From contig CM082580.2 in the NCBI GenBank assembly GCA_040954595.2, positions 10,642,390 through 10,706,389 of the forward strand: a stretch of 64,000 nt of DNA. The letters run 5' to 3'. The notes under the pieces are model-generated. The model was not told the DNA's origin and made no database searches. It saw nothing but the letters and a program-made list of their open reading frames with translations. The translations under genes and the position numbers were made by a program. This stretch comes from Balanoglossus misakiensis. Taxonomy: Eukaryota > Animalia > Hemichordata. This document shows, piece by piece, positions 52,264 through 64,000 of the stretch (within the stretch, counting starts at the first letter, position 1; each line of letters starts with the position of its first letter).

Positions 52264-52818
52264 TACTTTGCCCAATGGAATATATTATGGGGTAAACCTA
52301 ACCCTTTACGTGGTCGCACATTATAGGGCATGACTTTCAATATTCCATGTTGAGGAAGTGATCTGCATTTCGATCCCCGGTTTATTTTGAAAATATGAGA
52401 CTCAAACTTTTGCTTCTTTGTGAGTTCGGAATATCCGATAGTTATCCTTTCAAGAGTACATTTCCCTTGAGAGTGCCACTGCACAACCAGAGCCCTTTAG
52501 GCAGTCGCTAGTTGTTTATCTGATATTTTTTAAAAGGGTAAACGGGCTTTTAGAACTGAGAACGAAATTCTGTATTGAATTTTTTTACTGTATGAGTAAC
52601 ACCTGTCTATCAATACGAGTCATCGTTTTGAAATGGCTAACGGGGAAACTCGATTTTATTGCCTGAGATTCTAACTTCATTAAATGTGTGTATATTTATA
52701 CCAGACGTGTGGGAGTAATGATAAAATAATATCGAACACGGGGGTCGTTATCACTTTATATAAGCCAGTGGCTAAAAGAATTCAGTCCAGTGCTTTCCTC
52801 GTCGTTAGAGCTTACAGA

Positions 52819-54099
52819 ATGGAAGGGGTAAACGCTAGCCTGTGGACTCATAACTTGTCGCAATTCGATGGTAATGTCGTTTTTGACGACGATGCAGCTG
52901 TTGGCAAGAGCCAGTTTCACCTCTCTCACAAGCTACTCATCGCTGTCAATTCACTGAACAGTGTTTTGATCGTGGTCGGTAACTTATTGGTGATCATAGC
53001 CGTTTTCCGTCAACCCAAGCTGAGGAAGTCTCCAACGAACCATTTCATTGTGTCTCTCTCCGCGGCAGACTTTCTGGTGGGCACAATCTACATTCCGATG
53101 CAGGTTGTGAATTTTTATTGGGTCGGTCTGATCCAAAACGAGTTCCTGTGTGATTCCATGTACACCATTTCGTGGACATGCTTGAATTCCACGGTGTTTT
53201 CGCTTCTGTCCATCGCCGTCGACCGATATCGGGCGATCGTCACCCCGATGAGACGTCCCCTGTCGCTGACACAGACCCGGATCATCATAGTCGCCATCTG
53301 GGTGTTCACGTTCGCCTTCACGTCCCACAAGATCCCAGCCGCCGGAATAGAGGAAGTGCCGATGACAATGAACGGACACAACGTCACCATACTCTACTGT
53401 ATGTACAAATTCGACCAAATAGCCCTAAATAAATACACAGCGATCGTTGACCTGGCTGTCGGCTACTTTATACCGTTAGTTATAATCATGTACTTCTATT
53501 CCAGAATGATCATAAAGCTTTCCCGTGGAAGCTCTTTGGCTGCCGAGTCCAGGCGACGAAAAATGAAGGCGGTCAGAATGTTGGTGATCGTCGTCGTCAT
53601 GTTTGCCATCACGTGGGGTCTGTTTCGTATCCACATCTTTCTTTTCTATTGGGTTCCTGCTCTCAGCGAGTTCACTGGTTCGAGATTCGTGTTCGCCGGT
53701 GTCACGTTCGTGCTGTTCTCCAACAGCTGGATGAACCCTGTCATCTACGCCCTCTTCGGTCGCAATTTCCGCTCCGAGTTCGCGTTCCTCCTGTCCTGCG
53801 GGCGCTGGAAACCCAAGGAAGGTGCACAGTCCCGCAGCAGAGCGCTCGCTCGAACGAAGTCTGGCGGCAACAGTGGAACAACGAGCACCATCGACGTAAG
53901 TTTAAGTCGTTCTCGCGACGAAGAAAGCTCTGTTGGGCGACAAGAGATTGAAATCGTGGACTGGAAACCGAGTGATGAAATTTTGGCAAACAAACAAAAA
54001 GATACTCCAGCAGTGTCCAGTCCAGCCGCGACGAGAGAAGAGTTCTGTTGTGAAAATGAAGCGTTCGATTTGACGGCGGAAGGGCTTGCGGCGATATAA
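52819..54099 (+). CDS. Class A GPCR, copy 2 (close paralog of copy 1)
   Basis: Likely start MEGVNASLW, aligning with copy 1 MELNTSLW; same motifs; shared C-terminal FCxENEAFD. Confidence 0.93.
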   Translation: MEGVNASLWTHNLSQFDGNVVFDDDAAVGKSQFHLSHKLLIAVNSLNSVLIVVGNLLVIIAVFRQPKLRKSPTNHFIVSLSAADFLVGTIYIPMQVVNFYWVGLIQNEFLCDSMYTISWTCLNSTVFSLLSIAVDRYRAIVTPMRRPLSLTQTRIIIVAIWVFTFAFTSHKIPAAGIEEVPMTMNGHNVTILYCMYKFDQIALNKYTAIVDLAVGYFIPLVIIMYFYSRMIIKLSRGSSLAAESRRRKMKAVRMLVIVVVMFAITWGLFRIHIFLFYWVPALSEFTGSRFVFAGVTFVLFSNSWMNPVIYALFGRNFRSEFAFLLSCGRWKPKEGAQSRSRALARTKSGGNSGTTSTIDVSLSRSRDEESSVGRQEIEIVDWKPSDEILANKQKDTPAVSSPAATREEFCCENEAFDLTAEGLAAI

Positions 54100-55674
54100 C
54101 GTTGTGGATAAATAGCCGGTACGAAGTACCCGCGAAGATGTGAACTTTGATACGTGTACTAGAGGCTTTACACGTAGAAACTTTGCCATCACCCTATTCA
54201 CGACTATCCAGGCGACTTTCCTTGGCTATGCCAAATGTCATCCGTGACGTTCGATAAACACGAATGCAATCAGAGCTATTATTTTTATGTCCTGTTACTT
54301 TCACGGTTGTTTTAAATGTTCACTCAGTATATTTTGTACATTGCCACAAACTTTTGTCGTTTTTAGGAGTTTGTTCGCTCTCTTTTAATAAAGTATGCAC
54401 GTGAATACTTGTCCAGTGAGCATACCAGCAAGGCACAAAGAATTTCTTTCCATGTTACACACATTTTGATCTTTTCTTCTTATCGCGTCAGGTTTCAAAA
54501 TTACATCTTCACGACAAAAGCCCAGGGACATACCAACGGCTTGCTAATCGAAAATAAAACCATGATTGACATCATAACACAGACTGCACATATATGAATT
54601 ATCTGTGACGTGTGGACGTCTAACAACCACAGGCGTCGCCTCCATCGTCTGTCAACAGAAGACGTCATCTGCGCAATATACCATAGAAATTAATGAAAAC
54701 AGCCGAATACATGTATTTTACTGTTATAGGTGCGTATAGACAGGAAAAGCCTACATTCACACATTGATATCCTACCCACAGAAGCGTTTTCCCTCCATTT
54801 TGATCTGCTAAACGATCTAGTTTCTTTCACAAATCCCTAGAATTTCTTTTGATCTCACTGGCGAGTCAGTCTATTCACAATCAGGAGTATTTGGGGGCAT
54901 AGCTGGAATCCAAAACTGCAATTTGTATCGTCAATATGAAGAGGACCTTTTACATTATTTACGCTCTGGATAGAAACTTCAACTGATTCATCTTCATGAA
55001 AGGGAACTCCACAACGCCCCCAAGTTATCTCTTGTATCTAGCTTGGAGTGAAAGATGTGAAGTAAATATGTTTTTGCTGCTTAGTCTGTGATCAAACTTT
55101 CCCCAAATACTGTTCTCTCGTAGCTTCGGCTTTATACGAAACGTTTCAGTTTGTGATAAATAAACGGAATTTGATGAAATCTTTAGTGAATGACATATTT
55201 CTTAAATTACTACATCACAGTTTAAAAACCTTGTTACATGTACTTATATTGGATGTATTACTGGGCATTTAGATGTGTTCACTTATTTACTGTTAATTTA
55301 AACGTTGAATACACAAGAGGCAAGAGTTACTGTACACGATTTACATCTGTTGTTCTCACATAAACAAGCTTGTACAAGGGAAACCTGAGGTTTCTTCTGC
55401 ACGAACTAAAATTTGTACACGTAATAAACGATTGTAATTTAGAACCATATTTTCCGAAATAAAACTTGGACGTAAGCTAGCCACGGTACCATCTGGCGCA
55501 TTTACTCTGGTCATTCCATACTACTCTCTTAAAGAAATGGAGCTTAGGAAATACGCCATTCACAGCTTCTCACGAAAATGAAACTGGTATGACTTTAAAA
55601 GTGTCCTCTATAGTTGTACATCTTAGGATCAAGGTGACCATGGATGAGTACAACTCCCTAGCTTAATCATTTTT

Positions 55675-56052
55675 AGCAGGGGAACCCCTTTGAAATTTTT
55701 TTTTGAACAAATGATGCATCATAAGACGTCAATTTATGAAATTGCTCGTGATGAGTTGCGGTGCTTTTCAAAAGGATCTCTCTTTACCACCAGGGACATA
55801 ATATAAGAAATTGATACCGCGTAGAATAACTATAACATCGCCCTGGTTTAGATCTTAAAAGAGGGATTCTTTTCTGAACCTCGAAAGTATTCAGTCTCCA
55901 TTGTACAATTAATGCCGGGGGATTTGTATAACTGTAATTTTCATCGCGATACTGATTCCTTTCAACTGCCAACGATAGACTGCAAATCACGATTTTGACC
56001 TTTTCCTGCGAGGCAAATTTATTGTTCATTGAGAAAGTTTGTTCCCCCTGCT
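55675..56052. mobile_element. Possible MITE with short terminal inverted repeats
   Basis: AGCAGGGGAAC ... GTTCCCCCTGCT; no clear target-site duplication. Confidence 0.3.
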
Positions 56053-56429
56053 TTTTCTATTGCATTGGCATGACATGCGCAGTATCGCTCTTCCTGGAGA
56101 GTCTCCGCGGTTGAATTCATTTGTGTGTCACTGCTGCGCTATATGCCATAACCATCCTGTTTAAATAATTTCCATCTCGTTCATTCAAAAATATCAAAAA
56201 GCAAACATTAGTAGACGCATTCCTGACCCTCGAGTGGCTAATGACTAGTAATGAGTACAGCGACGCCTCTGGTTTCGTAAGCAAAGAATGTCTTGTAAGA
56301 AACTATACTTAGTGACAAGACAACTTGAGGGCGCCTCACTCCTGGTGTGTATATTTGGAAGGTGTTTGCTGGACACCATTACACAGTGTGAAGCGATTCG
56401 ATCCCGTACAACAGCAGAATTGCCATACA

Positions 56430-57644
56430 ATGTTTGCCGAAAATCAGACAACAAACGCCACCTTTCCTGTGTTGACTGCGACCAAGAACACATTAGAGAG
56501 AAGCGCTGCAGTGCCATGGTTACAAGCAACTGTCAGTGTCTGCAATCTCGCTCTAATCGTCGTTGGAAATTTATCCGTAATCGTCGCGATTCTGTGCCAC
56601 CCAAAGTTGAGAAAATCGCCGACGAATCACCTGATCTTGTCTCTGTCCATATCGGACTTGTTCGTCGGGGTCCTGTTTATTCCTGTTAAGGAGAAGAGCG
56701 TCTTCGGCATGGACAAGCTCATCACCAACGAATTCCTCTGCGATTTCGTGATGACGTTGTCGTGGACGTGCATGAATTCGACGGTCCTGTCTCTGCTGTC
56801 CATCGCCATCGACCGGTACCGTGCGATCGTCACTCCGCTGAAACAACGTATTTCCACCACGCAGGCGCGGTGGATGATCAGCCTGACGTGGCTGGCTTCG
56901 TTCATTTACTCAAGTAGCAACATATTGGCCAGTGGTATCTCCTCAAAAATCATCGAAGTCGACGGACAAAATGTGACCCAACTCGCTTGTTGGCACGTGC
57001 CCTCACAGATTGACGTCGCAAAAGTCACAATAACCGATTTCGTGCTCATGTATTTTGCCCCCCTGGTGTTGATCAGTGTCATATACGCCAGAATTATTCG
57101 CTCCCTGTACTTCGGAAACTCGCCGACTAACGCCTCTCGACGAAGAAAGCGGCGCGCAATCAAGATGCTTATAGTGGTGGTGGTGATGTTTGGAATAAGT
57201 TGGTTCCCACTCCGTGTTTTACGGCTGATCTCGAAAAACTTTCCGAACCTGATAGCGCCAAGCGTGTATGTCATCATGCGAAACGTTGCTGTCGCCGTCT
57301 CCATGTCCAACAGCTGGGTCAACCCTTGCGTCTATGTAATCTTCAGCAGCAAGTTTGCCAGTATCCTTTTGAAATGCAGATTCTGGAGCGGGGAAGCAAG
57401 CGACACGGGGGCCACAAGACGCCGAGACCAAACCGTCGACCGGGAGCACCGGTCAGGCGAGAAGATAACATTCAATACTGACGTGGCCTTGGGGTTGTCG
57501 GACGTACCGGGGGGACATGGAATGGGCGACAGACCACAAAGACGAAGCATCACCACGCAAACCGACGAAAGACACGACCCTTGCTCCGACTACGTGTGCT
57601 ACGGAAACCCCACCATAGACACTTCACAGGAAAGTCCAAAATGA
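56430..57644 (+). CDS. Class A GPCR, copy 3 (more divergent paralog)
   Basis: Likely start MFAENQTTNAT; PKLRKSPTNH, NEFLCD, DRYRAIVTP, SWFPL, NSWVNPCVY. Confidence 0.93.
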   Translation: MFAENQTTNATFPVLTATKNTLERSAAVPWLQATVSVCNLALIVVGNLSVIVAILCHPKLRKSPTNHLILSLSISDLFVGVLFIPVKEKSVFGMDKLITNEFLCDFVMTLSWTCMNSTVLSLLSIAIDRYRAIVTPLKQRISTTQARWMISLTWLASFIYSSSNILASGISSKIIEVDGQNVTQLACWHVPSQIDVAKVTITDFVLMYFAPLVLISVIYARIIRSLYFGNSPTNASRRRKRRAIKMLIVVVVMFGISWFPLRVLRLISKNFPNLIAPSVYVIMRNVAVAVSMSNSWVNPCVYVIFSSKFASILLKCRFWSGEASDTGATRRRDQTVDREHRSGEKITFNTDVALGLSDVPGGHGMGDRPQRRSITTQTDERHDPCSDYVCYGNPTIDTSQESPK

Positions 57645-57713
57645 TTGAATGACACAATATATATATCTGCTCACTGTATGGTCATCTCTTACAAGAAGTT
57701 AAATTAAGGTTAA

Positions 57714-57899
57714 AGGTGTACAATCACTCTTAATTTAAATATGCCCATATATAGTAAAGGGCGTGTTTTTGTAGTCAAGTGATGCGTTGGGGGCGCACAT
57801 TTTTGGCGTGGTCACCCCTCGAAAATCTGGATTTGGCTAGATCACGCTTTTCCTCTGAATCATAACCGTGGCTAAATTTGCAATGGTGACCGTGTACCT
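57714..57899. mobile_element. Non-autonomous DNA-transposon (MITE) copy, TTAA-flanked (Kolobok/piggyBac-like)
   Basis: TTAA|AGGTGTACAATCAC...GGTGACCGTGTACCT|TTGA imperfect TIRs; related left-end fragment at ~12396-12450 and right-end fragment at ~23190-23227 (GGTGACAGTGTACCTTTAA). Confidence 0.55.
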
Positions 57900-59099
57900 T
57901 TGATATAGTACATAATAGGCCGTCATTTTAGGTTGATGGTAAGCGTAAATATTCGGTATTGTACTCTGTAAGCTTAGGCATATTACTGTCATTTACTTGA
58001 TGTCAACACTTTATAGAAACTTTGAGATTTACCACACATGTCATATTACCTTTGCATCTCGAAATATAACAATAAAATTTGCACATTAAAATAGACTTCC
58101 ACAATCAATCAAAATCGTGGCTGTGGCCTGTGCCCACGGTCAGTGACAATAAATAGAAATTTCCATTTATCTTTTCTGGTTTTCTTCTAACTTTTCATGA
58201 ATTCCATTTTAAAAAATGTAAACATACAATGTGCTTAATAAATAATACCTTGTTTTAAGGCGGGTTAACATCAACTGCTGGCGTGGCCTTTCTTGATTAA
58301 AACGCTACCTGTTGGGAAATAGCGTGCCTTGTTAGTCGAGTCTCTCATGAAGACAAACTTACACGCGTTGATTTCTTTAGTCATTTTATGTGAAACTTGA
58401 TCATCACTTTGTATGGTCTCCCGACGGCTAAAACCATAGTTGCAGTGCAGCGACACAGTGTAACGACGTACACACTCAAATTTCGAATACAGAGTGTGTG
58501 TGCTCCACAGACAGACGTTGGTGAAAAACTGACCGATTCAATGAATGTATCGAGCAAGGGGCAAGAGGTAAGCGAAAAAATACTGGGCAGACGGACAGAA
58601 GAGAAAAGAAAAAAGAAAAAAGAAAAAATTCGCTTCGAACGCGCAATCCGCTGGAAAACCACGCACAAGGCCTAAGCCAACCCACGTCAAATGCACCACT
58701 GCTCTAATTGCAATTTAACTTGTTAGACAAAACCAGATTTATTTACATATTATGTTGACATTACTAGGACTACATGTATATATTGCAAGAAAAAGACTAC
58801 GACTTACACCAATAGAACCGAAAACAACAAAACGCATTGGCGGGCCTTAGCTACATCGATATCGACCAAGTAAGTCTAAATAAACATCTTATAGTGAATG
58901 AAATTTGACAAAATTTATATATATATAACATCATTAGTGTACTCTATTTTTTTATACATAGTAAATAGATTTATATTTTTCTAAATAGAAATTTGTTAGA
59001 AATATTAATGGCATTTCACAATTCGAGAATAAACATCGAGTTGGCCAGATTCGATAGCAATGTTCAATGCATTCACCGACAACATCGAGAGCAAATTAT

Positions 59100-62000
59100 T
59101 CAATCTTCTTTCAATTTCTTCAGGATCCACGGCAATGCACTTGTTATTCGAGAGAAGACAGACGGGAATTCCGGGTGAGCACATCCACGTGTCCATGTTC
59201 CAATTCCCGCCAAGTACCATCGCTCATCGCCGCTTACTCTACACATCAAAGGCGTGCCAAAATCACCCTGTCGCACGGGGGGGGGGAACGAAAGAAGTCA
59301 GGTGACTGTGCATGCAAAAGTTATATTATATTGGAGAAAAAGGTCGCCATTTTTTTTATGAAAACAGAACGGCGGAAACCTAATTTACTTCATTGTTTCC
59401 AGAAAGAGGACTAGCAAATAATTGGAGTAGCATTTTCTGTACCACAGGCTCATACCATCTTTAAAAAAATAAAGCGTTTCTATAAAAAGTGGTAAAAGCG
59501 GTTTCCAAACGCTGGAAGCCAGGAAGAGGAAGGTAAACACACTTACGAAGCAAGTTCCCATTCCGCCGGTGTTGTTGCTGCAGATGTGATAGTCATACAC
59601 GGCATCGTAGTGGGCCGTGTCACAGGCTTCGTTGTCAACAATCTCAACCTCTGCATAGGACAAGTTCGGATCCATCTTAACTGTTTTTGAAACAATTTGA
59701 AAAGGATTTTGGTGTCATGCACGTTGTAATAAAATGACCGCAATGTGCTTGATATAGTAAAATTAACAATCCTAAAATTGATGAGCATTGAACTGTAATC
59801 TTACTATCGAATTCATCTTGCCTATCCCAGCTCCACCCACTTGTCGCACATTTCTCGTATTCTTCAGGGAAGTCTCCTGACCCCGATGGAATGCATACGG
59901 GCCTAACGTAGTTAGAATATTCCTCCAACGGTGGTGACATGTGCAGGATGGCATAATCCCATCGCCAGGCGCCATCGAAGTAGGGATGACTTTCAATGAA
60001 GTCTGCTGAGCGTGTTACTTCTGTCGATGCCGTTACGTCAAGGTCGACGATTCCCATTCTAAGCGTCAACGACGAAAGGTCGATCAATTTTTCAGCATCG
60101 TTATCGTACCTGTCGGTGGAGGTAATAATGAACGATTATTTATGGCGACGTTAAAAATATTCTACAGTGACGTCTTAATGCATCCTGTAACACTGGCCTA
60201 TATAGACTCCTGTTTTGCCCTCAACGGCAAAATATCATTAGCGAGTCCAGCTCAGTTGTTTAGACGCTACCTGAATAGGGCAGTTGGATTTACTGCAGAG
60301 TGGGGGGAAGTGTGGGTAAATATAAATTTTGCGTATACGAGTTTATGATTGATGTAAAAAAACTGGTAGACGTCGGGGAATATTATACTTACACACAGCG
60401 GCCTGACGTTAGAACCCATTGGTAGTCCAGAAGCACTGCCCCACAGGTCATGTTATAATTCTGCAGGCGAACATGGACAAAAACCTGCCATGGCCACATA
60501 CCCCGGGGCGCGCGCGCTCCAATGATGCGTGGTGTGTCGATCAACTGCGTGCCGCATTGGTCCTGGTCTGAAAGTTTAAAGGGGAGTTTTGAAACGTCAG
60601 TTGGGTGCATCAAAGTCTTAGAGCTATTAAAATCGTGAAATAAAGTGCAATATTGGCGGTCGATCAACCAATCAGATTTTAATTCCTTGACCTTGTCGCT
60701 TGAAGAACTAGAAAAATCCCGGCAGAGGACAGTCGCTTCCAGTCGAACTCTGGATAGTCTGTTGCATTGTATTTAGATTGGATCAACGAGTTTTACAAAC
60801 CTGAAAAATACTCGCAGATGAAATTTCTTCGGTAGCCACATCTATCAAACATCCAGTAAATAATGCTATGTTTCAGCCTATTGAAAAAATATACATGCGA
60901 CAGCGATTTCATTGGTGTGAATGATTACATTTTATATTGGTAAGGAGGTTTGACAACGAAAAAAATGAAATGCTTTCGAATACCCATCTAGGTTATTTTG
61001 AAAGCCAGCAATATACATTAAGAGGAAAGCACCGTATACGAGGACTTGGAACGAGTTTTCTGGTCAATTGTGGGTGCAGTGGTTAACCATAGGCCTATAT
61101 CATATCGGCAACAGTAATGCAAAAATGCAATAATAAAGACTTGTAAAGACCACGGAACGTGAGTGAAACCTCGTCGCCAGTGGAAATATTGAGACCAAAT
61201 AGAACGAGTGATTTCGTACCTTATCATGACGCAATTTCTTTTTCTATCATTGTTCATTTCGCCTTTCATCCAATCGCCCTCGAAACCCATAGGGTCGTCA
61301 TCGTGCCACATAATTTCACCGTCTTTCTCCCTGTCGTTGAGTCCAATCCAAAACATTCCACTTTCAATACCTTTCACGATAAACAATTGCGATAAAAGGT
61401 CCAACGAATCTTCTTTCCAAACCACCGCTAAGCGTCCGTTGTGGAAATTGTCTCGACAATAATCGTTTGCCTTTCTCCATCCCAGTTTTCCACCTTTGTC
61501 ATAATCAATATGATACAGTCGTGTAGTTCCTGTTCAGAAAGGGAAAGAACGCGCGGTTACATGTCATGGCGGACCCCATGAAGAGAACCGCCCTGCGAGG
61601 GCGTCTTGGGTTCTAGCATACCACGTCTAAATCATAATTACCTTCGTAATATTCTCTTGCAGCTGGTTGCTGTTCCTGTCGACAAGAGTATAAAAAAGCA
61701 TGATTACATGTACATGTATACATATGGAGGGCGACGATACGAGCAACCGCGTCAAAGTGAATTATAGTAATTTATTGTTGGTTTGCTTTTAGTTTTTATG
61801 ACTGACAGAACGCTAAAATGCAAATATATGGCCATTTTTGAATATGTAGGGGCAGAATATAACCCAGCTCCCGAATATTTGAACACCGGCAGGGCAGGTC
61901 GATTTGGGGTACTGGTTAAACATATCTGCAGGGTTTTACCTACAGTCAGCAACAACTCGAATACTACAGAGGAACACAACCAGCCGGGGCGAACGGGATA

Positions 62001-62119
62001 GTACTTACCGTAACCGGCAACGCGGGGCTTTCCGTAACCGACAGCACGGTACTTATCGTAGCCGGCAACGCGGCTAACAGAATCCAAATCAGCGACGGAG
62101 TGGTAGAAAATATCAACAT
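59100..62119 (-). CDS. Secreted C-type lectin domain plus non-catalytic trypsin-like serine protease homolog, 8 exons, ~437 aa
   Basis: Exons 62009-62119 (signal peptide), 61642-61675, 61220-61529 and 60801-60877 (CTLD: WRKANDYC, FWIGLND, FICE), 60393-60567 (CG...RIIG...WPWQV...CGAVLL...WVLTSGRC), 59805-60109 (DYAIL, VRPVCIP, SGW), 59547-59680, 59100-59267 (GDFGTPLMC...W); phases consistent. Confidence 0.9.
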
Positions 62120-62780
62120 GGCTGCCGTTCGTCCGAGTGTCAAGTGTGGGCGTTGTGCTGTGGGGAGATGCGTTTTTATGTACCGGTACTTTGAACATCC
62201 ATCTGTTTCATGTTAATATGCAAATAATGCATAATCGAAATCATTTCACGTAGCATCTCGCGTGATTTCTCTAGATACGTCAGAGATGCTAACAAACTTT
62301 TTCAGGGTCAAATTAAATTGTGTCAAGTGTCTATGTCCCACCAGTCAGACACCATCTGTTCCAAGCTCAGAAAGTAATTGACCAATCACAATTGCTGTGG
62401 TCTACCTGATTCAGGTGTGTAGGAAAAAATAATTAAATAGGGAATTGCCGCGGTCTAAAAATAACTAGATGAGGACCGCCCAATTTTCGGCGATTTTCAC
62501 ATATTGGTCATAGCGCCACCCAGCGTTGATATGATCATTGATGAATAATTTACCTTAGCTTCATAAAATTGTGTCTGAATGCCTAAGCTTTACACAGCAA
62601 CATAAAATACTTTGTCAATGATTGCCTGACCTCCCACATGAGTGCCATTTTGGCGAATATGTGGCATAATTTCGCAAAATGTTTTTATTGTCAATTGTTT
62701 TGTTATTTCAATTTAAGTATTAAAATTTATTCAATTGTGTTGTAACTCTTCCCTCTTTGAGGATGAATAAAGAAACAACA

Positions 62781-62810
62781 ACTCACTCACTCACTCACTC
62801 ACTCACACAC
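62781..62810. repeat. (ACTC)n microsatellite
   Basis: About 6 ACTC units. Confidence 0.85.
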
Positions 62811-62965
62811 CCCTTCTCCGCGCTCTCAAATTGAAGGAAATACATCAAACAGTAATAACACCTCAGTCAAGTTTGATTAAGTTACAAAAATAGATTTAAT
62901 TAACTAATTACACCCATTTAATTTGGAAAGCGACGGGAAAGTATATATAGGCCCTACATATGTTT

Positions 62966-63388
62966 CTATTCTGATTTTAATGTTTCCAAAATCCACGACA
63001 TTGCCGAGGTGACTCTAGCGAAAACGGACGGATATTTTTCAGTGCCACAAGCTCCTCGAATCCAACTCGATAATCCGGCCAAATACCACTTGCCATTGTT
63101 TTTCTTGCACACTAGTGGACCTCCACTGTCTCCCTGCAGTTAAATAAAAAAGATGACTTATTAGGCTGCAATATGCACAATTTACTCTAGATGAGTTTTT
63201 CTTTATAGAAGTCATACATCTGGGACGCACAAAAAATCGTCGCTCGCTTACCAAACATATGCCAGTTTCAGCTATATTCGATGAACAGATGTGATAATCG
63301 GCAATTGAACCCGAGTGTGCGTGATTACAGGACTCCTGGTCGACAAGGTTGACAATCGCCTGCTGTAGGTGGTCAGGGTACGTATGAG
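62966..63388 (-). CDS. 3' end (last two exons) of a trypsin-like serine protease with intact catalytic Ser; gene continues beyond the window
   Basis: Exons 63252-63388 ([14 protein letters not shown]...HICS...GICL) and 62966-63133 (GDSGGPLVC...WYLAGLSSW...PSVFARV...WI*). Confidence 0.9.
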
Positions 63389-64000
63389 CTGAAACTAAGA
63401 TGTAAAGAGGAATAGTGCTGGTTCCCCTGGCCCATACACCCCGGTATATTACCAACGCCCTCTACCGGGGAATATGGGTCAAGGAACCAGACTCGTAAAT
63501 AGGTAAGACGTTGGGACTAACATCGTAAAAAGGTGAGGCAACATCGCTCGTCATGGTCATTTTCTTTAGAATCAGATATTGATTTCATATATCTTATTAT
63601 CGGATTAAAGGTTCTATTGAAAAGTCAAACGTCTACTCACTCTTTTCCTCACATATTACCATTTTGGTTTCTGTACAGTTGTCTCGATCCCAATAGTAAC
63701 CCGAAGAGCTCCTGCAAGGAATGAAAGCACCAGAGAGAGAGAGAGAGAGAGACATTGGTATGACCATCCAGGTGTCCTCAACATTTTTAGAACAGTTCCT
63801 TGGCTTTTACAGACTTCAGCTTCAATCCGGGACAGTGAAGTGCAAATCCTTCGGCCAAGACATTTTCGGCCTCGTTATTCGACGGCGACCATTAATTTGC
63901 CTGCAAGTTGTTATACTCATTCTGTTACCCCCACCCTTCCCTCCCCCAAGATTTGTTTTCAGTTCTGGGTCTGGCTTCACCTACTTTAACTGCACACAGT

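Noticed and set aside
52684-52818. N-terminal extensions of GPCR copies 2 and 3 in the ORF track (also 56325-56429)
   Set aside because: Downstream ATGs match the copy 1 N-terminus length and glycosylation pattern; the 56325 start is not an ATG

Overview
Intron-rich animal genomic DNA, most likely an invertebrate deuterostome such as a hemichordate, echinoderm or amphioxus (inferred from gene content). Gene order: divergent replication-dependent H2B/H2A pair; 6-exon ST8Sia-type alpha-2,8-sialyltransferase (-); 6-exon mitochondrial release factor MTRF1L (-); about 22-exon DNMBP/Tuba RhoGEF (+); 8-exon DUOXA (-); intronless carbohydrate sulfotransferase (+); three tandem intronless class A GPCRs (+); 8-exon secreted C-type-lectin plus catalytically dead serine-protease homolog (-); 3' end of a paralogous protease that retains its catalytic Ser (-). 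Exon structures were rebuilt by hand from GT/AG sites and reading-frame continuity. The most notable observations are: (1) a cluster of candidate cassette and micro-exons, including a 3-nt ATG microexon, inside the DNMBP DH domain; (2) a DUOXA with a long C-terminal tail rich in SH2/SH3/PP1-docking motifs; (3) near-identical H2A and H2B 3' ends carrying an extra hairpin; (4) a CTLD-pseudoprotease whose first exon appears to have grown by tandem duplication of its splice donor; (5) five N-terminal SH3 domains in DNMBP; (6) an apparent gene-conversion tract and loss of Pro6.50 in two of the GPCRs. No database searches were possible.
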